Shown: piece after piece, positions 49,201 through 59,906 of the stretch | How the letters are laid out: each line of letters starts with the position of its first letter | Numbering within the stretch: the first letter of the stretch is position 1 | Assembly: GCA_000708835.1 (NCBI GenBank) | Contig: DF237115.1 | Span: 62,001-126,000 of the forward strand | Source: Klebsormidium nitens | Lineage: Eukaryota; Plantae; Klebsormidiophyceae | Reading direction: 5' to 3' | Length of the DNA stretch: 64,000 nucleotides | Notes under the pieces: model-generated | Databases searched by the model: none | What the model was told of the DNA's origin: nothing | What the model saw: the letters and a program-made list of their open reading frames with translations, nothing else | Program-made: the position numbers and the translations under genes

Positions 49201-49620
49201 CCGAGCCACACGTCTCACTTTTGAAGGGTTTTGCCGTTTGTGTGCGAGCAGGAACGTTATTTCGAAAATGCGTTACGGAAGGTGCTCACTTGGTTGGGCG
49301 CGGCTGACGTCAGGTCGCACTGCGCGCACGTTGGCACAGGTGGCAAAGAATCTGGACGCCTGATCCGACGCACTGCACTAGAATCCGTCGACTGCCAACT
49401 TCCATCTTTGAATGTTTGTGCCTTTCTGTGCAAGCAGCGGCGTCTTTCATAAAAGATACATGAAGAAGGTGCTTACCTGGTTAGGCGTGGCTGACGTCGG
49501 GTCGCACTGCGCGAACGTCGGGGCAGGCGCGAGTGTGGGGCCGCACACCGGGTTGGGCCCGGGGTTCTGAGGGCACTGCCCGGGGCAGCACAGGGACGCT
49601 GTCCCGGGCGCGTTGAAGCA
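46180..49620 (-). CDS. Array of phase-0 Cys-module exons with no evident start of its own; probable long 3' isoform of the NAGPA-like gene
   Basis: Exons 49620-49477 (48 aa), 48702-48511, 47901-47710 and 46932-46741 (64 aa each, near-identical), and terminal 46263-46180 (CFNAPGTASICCPGQCPNNPGPTPFCA*). All begin cag|TGC TT and the internal ones end AAC CAG|gt. Confidence 0.75.
46741..48702 (-). repeat. Recent tandem triplication of a module exon with its flanking intron (spacing 801 and 969 bp)
   Basis: Three 192-nt exons are nearly identical, and intron segments ~47280-47700 and ~48080-48500 align (e.g. aaggccat-cccggaggacgggtgagg). Truncated half-module echoes start at 48071, 47265 and 47093. 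Confidence 0.9.
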
Positions 49621-50490
49621 CTGCAAAGCTCGGGAAAGGCGTCGGGCTGCTGATCACCGGCATGAAGAATTGACATTCCAAAGATATTCCAAAATGATGT
49701 CGCTGAAACGTTATCCGTGTTCTTGAAAGGATGAGCAGCAAGTGCTGGATTTGGGACTCGCAGCCCTGTTCTTGTTCCTGAGTCTACTTTCCTGGACCAG
49801 GTGAGCAGACCTAAGGCACCTTAGTGAGCTTGCGTCGTTTGAAGGTTTTTGCGATCGGACAAAGTTGGACGCCTTAGCCGGTTTGACTTGAGCAGAATTT
49901 CAGCAATCGAGCTGTCCCACGATTGAACAACCTGGTCATCGGAAGGCCCAGATTCCAAGCAGATGCATAGGAAGACTCGAAGAAATGCAGGCAATCTACG
50001 GGTGAAGCAGGCCCGGTTGCATGCAGTTTGGTGACGGTGACTATCAAACGAGGATCGTACATGGGTCTATGGCGTGCTGTGACAGTCTCTTCTTCGCTCC
50101 GTACGGTTCATGCATAACTTAGACACGGTTCTTGCATAACTTAGACAACGGGAGGCTGCTTAATGTGGGCGGTCCGAAGCTGCTCTAATCTACCGTTTAC
50201 ACGAGAGGTTAGCTTATCTCAAAACAAGAGCTACCGAATTGCGCGGTCATCAACCGTTCTATTCACACTCAAACTACTGCCTTTGCCGGTCCTTTCTTGG
50301 ATCCAAACGGACCTGAAACTCCAAGCCACGGTTAACTTTTCGTGCTGCCCAGTCCTGTACAGTCCTGCTCGCACCCCCATACACACTATACATCTTTAAA
50401 AAGGCTGTAAATCGATCCAAACGGACTTCGTGGGGGTCCTAAGCCGGCTAACTATCAAAATCGTGACCTCGAGCAACAGCAGCCAGGGGA

Positions 50491-53400
50491 TCAGCACTGG
50501 GGGTTGGCCCCCGGGGTCTGGGGGCACAGCCCAGGGCAGCACAGAGACGCAGTACCCGCAGCGTTAAAGCACTGCACGACGACAGGACACTGTCACTCGT
50601 CTTTTGATCTGCTTGCTTTTCCTTGACGGACTGCGTTTTTGAACGATATGCCTCATTGACACAACTTCCGTACCTCGTCTAAAACACAGTCCTCAAGACG
50701 GTTGACACAACTTCCGTCCGTATTTCAAATACAGTCCTCCAAACGGTTGGGCTGTCAGTGCGGTAAACGCGACTGAATTCGCAACCAGATAGAGATACTC
50801 TCAGTATAATCGACGGCCTGGAAACCTTACGCACCTGGTTGGGATTGCCAGAAGTGGGGTCGCAAGGCGGGGGCGTTCCTGCGGCGACTCCGGGCGCTGA
50901 CGTCTTCGCAGGAGCGGTCGCCGTAGTTCCCGAAGGCACCGGACCAGCGGTGGTCGGGGCGACGGTCGGGGCGGCGACCACTGGGCCGGTCGGGGCCCCG
51001 GTGGTAGAGCCGGGAGTGGTAACGGTAGTGGGGCTGGAAGCGGAGACGGTATTGGGGCTTGGAGTGGTCGGGGGGACAGCCGGGCCGCACACGGCGAGGG
51101 GCCCGGGCCTCAAGGGGCAGGCCCCGGGGCAGCAGATGGACAGTGTGCCAGCGGCATTGAAGCACTGCGGGACAAAGGAAGGGTTTGCGAAACGGGTTAG
51201 GGAGACTCGGCGAGCCTGTTGAGAGCGTTGGGTGATAGACTGGAAAAGGAAGCGAGGGCATATAAAAGCGTGAGTCAAGGAGAGAAGAAAGCGGGCGGAG
51301 GAATGGTATGGTATGAAAGTGGTAAGAGACGAGGAAAGACGGCATCAAGGAAGGGGGTACGAGAACCGATAAAAACAACCAGAAGAGCCACAAATTTTCT
51401 CTCTGCGTCGGCCATGTGAGTTGAGCGTTGGAGATGAACTGTAGGCAGAGGCTTACGGTTCCCAAAGAAGAACACAAGGCATACAAGCGCGCTGACGTCT
51501 TGCTATAAGAAAGGGCTGATATTTGCCGCGAGGGGTGTGGAGCTAGGGCCAGAAAGACACGACCAACTCGAAGGTTGAGGTGGAGCATGCACACGATACA
51601 GAAAGCGTCTCGGCATTTTTCCGCCCAATAATCTTGAGCGCCTCCGTCGAAACGTTCGGTGGGTCACTGACTGCCTTTTCATAATCTGCAACTTTAAGTA
51701 GAATCCCAAATCAAAGGAGCTGACCCCAAATCTCGACCAACAACAAACCTCTGATCACGCAATAAGGGGATGCACTTAGCTAGCTCCAAGAAAAGGTCGG
51801 CAGCCTCTTCGTTACAAGTTTTGGCGCGAGTTATCGAGCGCGGTTGAGGAAGTCAACCGACCTGGTTAGGATTCTGCGAGGTCGGGTCGCAGGGCTGCGA
51901 AGGGGCGATCTTGAAGCGGTCCTTGAAGCAGACGATCGACGTGACGGCGCGCTCCTGGCGGAAGCTGAACGTCTGGCCGTTCACAGTCGCGTTAAGACTG
52001 CAAACCGCAAAGACCAGGATTTATGCTTTTGGATATTTAGGACTGAGGTTTCTAGAAACCACAGTGGGAGAAAGCCATCGCCTTTCAAAGCTACTCAGTT
52101 TGTGAAGACCTGATGGCCTGCTTCTTGCGGAGCAAGGATTGCGTTGAGTCTGAAACGCCTGGCCGTTGACGGCGTGGTGAGACTGCAAAAGCGCAGTGGC
52201 GAAACCTTAGGCTTGCAGAATTGAGGATTGGGCACTTTAAAATAGGCTGTTGAGATTCTACTCCAGCGAAGGCACCTCTAGTGGAAGCCCTGATGGCGGA
52301 AGCCCTAATGGCCTGCTTCGGAAGGAAAGCGAACGCTTGGCCATTCAAGGTTGCGTTGAGATTGCGACCCACAGGGTCCAGACCTACAGACTTCCAGTAG
52401 GAGTTTAAATTGAAAGCTTTCTGGTTCTCAGACCTTGAAGGTCCCTCCTTGACGAAGACCTGATGGCGTGCTTCTGTCAAAAATGAAAACGCCGAGCCCA
52501 AGGAAGTTTTTCGGGGTTTGTACAGCAACTCCAAACTCAGGTGTAACATTCCCGGGGCGGCAAATAAAAGATTGCGCCTGCAAATAGTAAGTGTCCTGAC
52601 TCCCAGCTTCTACAAAGTTTTGGGGCTCAGATTACGAAAGCGATATCACAATCGTTTCCTTTGCAAGGACGACTCAACCGTTAACGTGCTGTTACAAAGG
52701 CGAAGCTTGGGCAGCTAACGGAATCAAGGGCTCTAAAGCTTACTTTGAACTCTTCTCAACGTCCTGAGAGAAAGCAAGTTTGAGCGGCTAGGCCAACAAG
52801 CACGTTTGGAGCGAAGGAAGGAAAAGCACTTCAATTTGAAAGGCAAGCGCAAGTGGTTCTCACATGTCTGACGGGTAGCTCGACAAAATTCCGTCGGTGA
52901 CAAAGGCGCTGCTACCGCCCCCGTCCAGGTTGATTGCGTTCACGGCGCCATACGAGATGAGCAGGTCCGCGACGTCGTATAGGCTCGCGCCGCGCACGTT
53001 TGACTGGCCGTCCAGCTGGAGCAGGAGGATCTCGCCCGCGGCGTTGTGCCCGATAGCCGTGCGGGCTGACACAATGCTGGCAAAGTCCTGGGAAAAGGAG
53101 GATGGTGTCAAAGCTGGCCCACCGGAGTGAGCACAGTGGGTAGTCGTTGGAGTTGAGCTCCGGTGCCAATCTGTGGCGGTTAAAAAGGACGAAGATAGAA
53201 ACACAATGCTGGCAAAGACCTGGGAAAAGGAGGATGGTGTCAAACCTGGCCAACCGGAAGGGTGAACACTGAGGGTGAACATTGGAGCCGAGTGAGAGCT
53301 CTGAGCTGAGCTCCGCTACGATACCTGTGGCCGTAAAAAAGGACGAAGACAAGAACACCATGCTGGCAAAGACCTAGGAAAGAGGACCGTGTCAAAGCTG

Positions 53401-56400
53401 GCTCGTTGGTAATGGGGAGACTGGCGTATGCATGTCAGCTGAGCGAGCTATGTACAGTGCTTCAGTACAATTGTTGAGCCATCCGGTGGGTAAACACAAC
53501 CGATCGGAGGACTGAGGACGACTTCAGACCCTTCAAAGCCGTGCCCGGAGGTCAAGCTCCACGGCAGAGCTGCACGGACGAGCAAATTGGTCTGGCCGCA
53601 AATACAAAGTAAAGGGGCAAGCCGGGAAAGTGGCTCTGCGGATGCTAGATATGTCGCCAGGCTGGTATCCTTGAGCTGACGCGCATTGGGCAACCTTGAT
53701 TTCTGAGAGGGTGGTCCTTTGGAGCTTGGCCAGGCTGTATGGTTATGCTGACGCCATTAGGAAACGCTTGAGGGCCAAGCGGGTGATCCTTCGGAGCTGA
53801 GTGAATGGCAAGACTTCGTGAAGGTGGAGGCTGTAATGGGTTAAGATAAGCAAAGAGCATCGAGCGTCGAATAGGAAGGGGGAATACAACCTTGTAGCAG
53901 CAGCTTCATGTTTCTCTTATTCCTATTACCGCAAAGGGGCTTGAATCTTGAGAATCTTCGCGTGCTCACCCACAAGAATTCTCGTTTCATTGCAAACAAG
54001 AACTTCATTTCATTGTTTCCAAACTTGCATAGGAAAGGCTCGAGCGCGTCCCCACCTGGATCGTTCCGGTAGTCTGGGTACTGGGGTCCTCATAAGGCAG
54101 ATCCTGCTGAACGTTGTTCTGCCCGCCCTTCACGAGCCACACCACTCCGCTCGTCAGCTGGTCGAACGGCACCTTCCCGGCTGCTCTGCCTTGCGCTTCC
54201 AGAGCCGACACGTAGCCTGCAGCGAAAAGCAGACTATTTAAAGAAGTCTGACACCTTGCGCTTCTGGAGCCGACACGTATCCAGCACTGATTAGCTGACT
54301 GTAAATGTGAGTATGACACCTTGCGCTTCTGAAACCACAACGTAACCCGCAATGAAAAGCAGACTCTTCAAAGAGCGTCTGATATCTTGCGCATTTGGAG
54401 CCGACCCGTAAGCAGCATGTGGCAACCTTTCAACGACTCCGGAAGACTGAAACGGTTTATCCAAGGCGTAAACCGGGCCCTCTCCAAGCCGACAGGTAAA
54501 GCATAAGTACAAAAGCTGTCAAAAAAATTCGAAAGCCTGAAGTCAATGGAGGTTGTGAACAAAAAACAGATCTGGACAATCTTGCGCGAAGCTTTCAACA
54601 AAATCGATCTGAGTGTCCTGAGGACAGACATGCAAATCTCATGCGGCTTCAGAAAAGACATGAGTTGATGAAGGGTCACAGAAACTGATGACTAGGTCCA
54701 AGACGTTCCAATGAAGTACAAGGGATTAAAAGGAGCAGGAGGGCTTTGTCAAGGATTTCCCTGACTTGGACCCGCAACGAGAAGGGCTGAAGACAATTGT
54801 GCTCGAGACTTCCTGATTAAGCTCTTGAACAGAACAAGTCAGTTTGTCCAGAACTACTCAAAGATATGCGCAGGACTAAAGAAGCTACACATATGCTGTT
54901 CACAGGATCGGAGGTCATGAGACGTCGTGAGCAGGTTCATGTTATGGACTTGCCCAAACACTGCCCTTAAGTTTGACTTGCTTCTATCCATCCTTCAATG
55001 CACAAAAGTTTCGACTCTTGAGTTCCGACCCCTGGGATCAGGGCAACAAACCGACTTAAAAGATGTGGCGTGCACATAGGCAGCCAAAAGCTGGACAGGT
55101 TCAAAACGGCACCTACATGGACTCAATTCCCTGTTATTATCAAAGGGCCAGAACCTGAAGAGGACTGAAACGTCTTTCGTCTCCTCAATTGGAAACCTTG
55201 AAGAGGTTGTTGGTGGACTTTGACAGTGGAACTCCAGATGAATGGACTCGATTTCAATAATCAAATGGAGACGCCTTTCTTTTACACTAATTTGACATGC
55301 CAAGCAAGCGGAGCGATGGAACACGGAAACGAGGACGAGACGTGAAAAGAAGTAGACGGGCGAATGTACCCTAGGAAAGGGAAAGATTCGGTTCTTACCT
55401 ATCACGAAGTTGCCATTCCGGAGACCGAAGTTGACGTTCTGGGTACCTGGAGCCTGGATGACGACTCCGTTGCTCACCTACAAGTCAGATAAAAGAGCTT
55501 TTTTGAACCTATTGACCACTTTTGGGACACGTTGGAAGAGGAATGCCAGATAGTTACGAAGCACAAGCCTGGTTCATTAGACTTCTTTGCATGCATGCAC
55601 GAACAAGTTGGAAGGGGGCTGAAGCGGGTTGTTTTAACACCTACTTTGACTACCAGGACGGTAGACCCAAGGACCAGGGCAACTTGGAGACCTATCGAAA
55701 GCAATAGAGCGACAGGGAGCACAAAAGGGGCAAAGAGGGACGAGAGAGAAACGGACCCTGTAAAGAAGCGTGCAAGTAGACCTGGGTCTGTCAAACGATG
55801 ACTGTCCGCCTGATAGACTCAAGATTGGCGCGCTCGCACTCTCGTTATAAAGTCAGTTCTTTTATCGGGTTGATCAGGATACCCCTGTGAACCCATCCTC
55901 TCACCAGGTTACCCAGGCAGCCCCCAGTGGTCACGTTGAACAGGGCGCCGTTTGCTGCCACGTGGCAGTTTCCGGCAGCTGCAGTCGTGGAAGTGAGGCT
56001 CCGTCCGCCGGTGGTCACACCATTGCTGGTGCTCACACAACCTGCACCATATAAAAAATGGGTTACGTAACAGAGATAGTAAATTGCACGGTCAAAACAG
56101 TCTCAAAGAAATCAATTATCCTCTGGGCCTGCTTGAAAGCTCTTTTCCCATCTACGTAGGGAGGACGTCCCCTTCAAGAGGCTTTCCAGCGACTGAAAGG
56201 TGGCTGGAAGTCGCTACTACATTGCAAGCATGGCCTTTTCGAGTGAGCAGCAAGAGCGGAGCCTCCCTAAGCTCTTGCCTGGGGGATCTCTCACGTGACG
56301 CCAGCTATAAGAGGCTCTGTTATTTAAAAGATACAAATCGCACTCATCTTCCATGAATGAAGTCTGAAACAGAATCACAATCTCGCAACTGCGCTACAGA

Positions 56401-57995
56401 CAGATTCTTCGAGTTCCGACAATCCGTTTTGTGTCAGGAGGCGTAAAGGCACAACAGAGATGAATCACGAGTGCACAAATATAGGATACCTGACATGCCG
56501 CATCCCACGTGCCCTGACTCTGGAAAGCTTCTATTGGAATCTGTCCCACCACCTTTTAATAGATGCTGAAATATGAATGACAAAACTCTGAATGCTCCCA
56601 TTCCAATGCTTCAATTCCACCTGATAGCCTGCTTTGCCTGCTAACCAGCAGCTCAACAAGCCTTTGAACAGGCGCATATGACCAAGTCTTCCCATCTCAT
56701 TCGCTGAATCCCTGGAAACGAGAACAACGAGAGCATCAAACATGGACTCACCGGCAGCAGGGGGGAGGACAACAAACTGGCCTATGGGGTTGTGCAGGAT
56801 GCTCAAGTGTCCCGTTTGAACTGTCCCGTTTGGGCCATTGTTCTCAATCAGGTAAGTCGTGATGTTGGCTGCGCCGTCGTTGTTTGTGCTATTGAATGCG
56901 GGGTACTCGACCTAGAAGGCCAGTCAGTAAAGCTTCAGTCTTGCTGAACAAGTCTCTGAGCGATGCATATTTGGACTTACAAAAGCTTTCTGAAGTGTCA
57001 ATGAGTGATGAAATGTGATAGGAACTTTCCAATTGAAGACGGCAAATGATAGTATGTCGAAAGGCCAGATATGGTTGGGGCAATGCACCACAAGAGAAGC
57101 AATTTGAGAGAGAGAAAGTCATGGTTAGAAAAGAAAGTTCTCTGTTTGACGTTAAGTACTGTTGTTCCAAGTCGGGGGACTCGATGTAAAGAATGGTCGT
57201 CATTTAACCAAGAACATCCTCCATGTCAGCTGGACTCAACCTGCTGGAAACATGAGAAGGATTCATATAGAAGAATAGAATGGCTCGTCTCAGCCAGATC
57301 TCGAGCCTTGCTTCTTGTGATATGTCTTCGTAAAACTTGAGAATCGGGGCCTCTATTTTCACATAACTATCAAGTCCCGCTACAACTCGCCAAAAACTGT
57401 CACCACTTTATGGTGCTCTAAATTAACTATCCTGAGTGGATTCAAGACTTCAGCTTGGTTGAATGAGGTATGAAAAGCATTATGCAAATGTTTCATGTCA
57501 GTGGTTTCTACACTCAGGCATTAAGAGTTAGATACTGGCCACTGTCCAATCCTCAGATGTTATTTCATGCCTGAGCGGACGCCCAGGGAATGGAAGAAGG
57601 ATGTACTCTGATGCATCAAGCCTATCGAAGTTTCATATGACAAGCTATGATGGACACTCTGTGCAGAAGCTTGTCCCCAGATCTTGGTGTGACGAAGAAT
57701 GCTGTCCATTTGGTGGTGCCATCAGTGCACACTCCTAGATAAGGTCAAACCGCTCGAGAATCATCGAATTTTGCAGGCAGGACACAATCTCATCGATATG
57801 TCACAACATTGTAGTGTTGCACTACAAAGGAAAAACTTTTCTCCCAGAATCAGACTTTCAAGCTGGACGAAACCGATTGGATGCATCTCTCACCTGTGGG
57901 AGGTTAGTGGTGATGTTCTGCCCGAATGCTGCATGCACCGCCAGGCTCACGACAGCGAGCAGCAGTGCATTCCTTGACATAGCAGAGGGCGCCAT
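50491..57995 (-). CDS. Secreted NAGPA-like phosphodiester glycosidase (PF09992/DUF2233-type) with two Cys-rich modules
   Basis: Signal peptide MAPSAMSRNALLLAVVSLAVHAAFG. Exons 57995-57894, [one or two small exons between ~57734 and ~57535 unresolved], 56910-56752, 56041-55905, 55477-55399, 54216-54056, 53087-52864, 51997-51862, 51164-50835, 50571-50491 (TGA). Motifs AANGALF, CLGNLVS, QLTSGVVWLV, SARTAIG, LLQLDG, NAINLDGGGS and RAVTSIVC match NAGPA as recalled. Confidence 0.82.
52130..52370 (-). repeat. Two echoes of the start of NAGPA-like exon 51997
   Basis: ttttgcag|TCTCACCACGCCGTCAACGGCCAGGCGTTT (~52183) and cgcaa|TCTCAACGCAACCTTGAATGGCCAAGCG (~52364, acceptor mutated) versus the real tgcag|TCTTAACGCGACTGTGAACGGCCAGACG. 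Confidence 0.75.
53190..53390 (-). repeat. Two echoes of the start of NAGPA-like exon 53087
   Basis: cccag|GTCTTTGCCAGCATTGTG (53219) and cctag|GTCTTTGCCAGCATGGTG (53373) versus the real cccag|GACTTTGCCAGCATTGTG. Confidence 0.88.
54250..54420 (-). repeat. Three echoes of the start of NAGPA-like exon 54216 (period ~63-65 bp)
   Basis: Copies of TACGTGTCGGCTC.GAAGCGCAAGG with degraded acceptors. Confidence 0.8.
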
Positions 57996-58966
57996 TCTGG
58001 ATAAAAGCTGCCAATGCCAGCTCTGAGCAGACTGCAGCTTGCAAAAGAAAACGCAGAAGCTAGCCGAATCTGACAAACAAAGAGGTAGCAGCTGCAAAGG
58101 CGTCCTTTTGCTGGCACCCTTTTGATTTAACTTCAATGATGGCTTTGCTGCCAGGTGCCCATGGCACGTTCTCTTCATTGACTCATGAGTCATGTCAGTC
58201 ACTCCCTCGATTTCCTCCTGGCAGATTCGATCTTGAACTAGCGTGGGAACTGTCTTTGAGGACTCGATGTGTTGCTTTGATCATCTACGGCCGCGATTGT
58301 AAGATGAACTAAACCCGTCCAAATGGCAGATTTCGTGCCGTTGGATAGGATGGGATGCCGAATTGGCCCACTGAGTCCAGACAATCGACGGCTCAGGCAG
58401 TATGGCAGCTTAGCGCGCGCGGCCGCGCGGTTGAAGGCGTACGGTAGTATCATAAACATAGGTACAAACATCGCATGCCAATGGCAATGGAGAACCCTAT
58501 GGCCGCACTGGCTATGGCGTGCGAAAAGACCCTGAGACCATCGTGATATAGAACGCCCCACGACCCGGCGACCTTCCGAGTCTGCCGTCCATTGCTGCAC
58601 GTCGCAGAACGCTAGAAACGCTAATTAACATGTACCTGAGTTACAATTGCTGTTCATCATGCTTGCGTCAAATGGGTCCTTCACTCATTCCTCCGGCTCA
58701 CCAAAAGACCAAACATAAACGAAACTCTTCCCCAAGCTTTGAAGCATTGGGCAGGTGAATATTATAACGGTCTGACGTTTTGCATTACATCAGTTTGTTC
58801 GTACTCGAGAAGCCAGAATATAGCGGCTTTACTGCGACATTCGATCGGGCCCGTCTAGCTGCGTTGCGCCGCCCAACTGCCCAAGGATTGAGATCCAACT
58901 TTTTAGATTAACGGGGGGTCGAGCCCCGGGCTATATGCAGAGGCTGCACCATCGACTTAGAGTTGC

Positions 58967-58996
58967 GGATATACTTGCAGCGCGGCCGGTATATAC
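58967..58996. promoter_or_regulatory. Pair of P1BS-like motifs (GNATATNC) about 1 kb upstream of the NAGPA-like ATG
   Basis: GGATATAC at 58967-58974 and GTATATAC at 58989-58996. The motif is short, so chance occurrence is possible. Confidence 0.3.
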
Positions 58997-59906
58997 ACCG
59001 ACTGATAAGGCACAGTTCTTATATCCATGGCCCAAAGTTTCACGGGATTTATCTGATTACTTATGTGCCATGACCGTATATATACGCAAGGCTTGTATAC
59101 AAGCCTATAGCTAGCCTACAGGAAAAGAAACCAACAACTGACAACTTGTATGAATACACGACCTTGCATCATGATGTATGAATTATTCCACGACTCAACG
59201 AAAGCCATCTTACTGCCAATAGTAACACCTAGAACGATCACAAGCAAGAGACGTGTGTACCAACGTAGGCCGTGTATGCTTGTACCAACCTAACACAACA
59301 ATGTCCGACTGGAAGGGATTGTAGTCCCGATCGCGTCAAACGCGCACCTTCAATACAGGGAAATGTCCAATCTTCTGGCCCTCAAGTATGCCTACAATGT
59401 ATCAAGTGTCCGTACAAAGGAAGTTTGGCAATGGTTGCTGCTAAGATCGACTGATCCCTAGGTACTTACGAATGACTGTCCCGAGCGCAACAGTCTCCAA
59501 GGTTATCCAACGCGAACCGTTCAATTAGATCAGCAGTGGCGATGGATCAACATAAGCCCGGCCACCTCCAAACCGGGTTAAAACTCCTCCGTATTTGCTG
59601 GCTATAGTTCTCGTCTAGATTCAAGACCTATTTACCACTTAGAGCCGGCGGCGCCGTGGAAAACGTTTAGTACCATCATGGTTAGCCCCTCTTTATTGCC
59701 TATGTTTGAAGTCAATTTCTCGTCAAATGAGCAAATGCAATGATTAGCCATGCTAGCTACGGCTAGACCGATAATCGTAACCCACCCTCCATAGCACTTG
59801 AGCTTTGTTACGTTCAGCGCCCTACGCAAGTCAAGAATGCATCGCAAGTCGAGGTTTGAGCGCGACCCTTTCCAACCGGCCCGCCGGAGCAATGGAAGAG
59901 GCCTTG

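Noticed and set aside
49730-49806. Plus-strand hydrophobic stretch followed by ag|gtgagc
   Set aside because: No in-frame ATG (a stop lies upstream), and it is on the wrong strand for the module array.
51360-51415. MADAERKFVALLVVFIG as the signal-peptide start of a separate module gene
   Set aside because: It lies inside the intron between NAGPA-like exons 51862 and 51164, which join in phase 0 to form a complete module, and no good phase-0 donor follows it.
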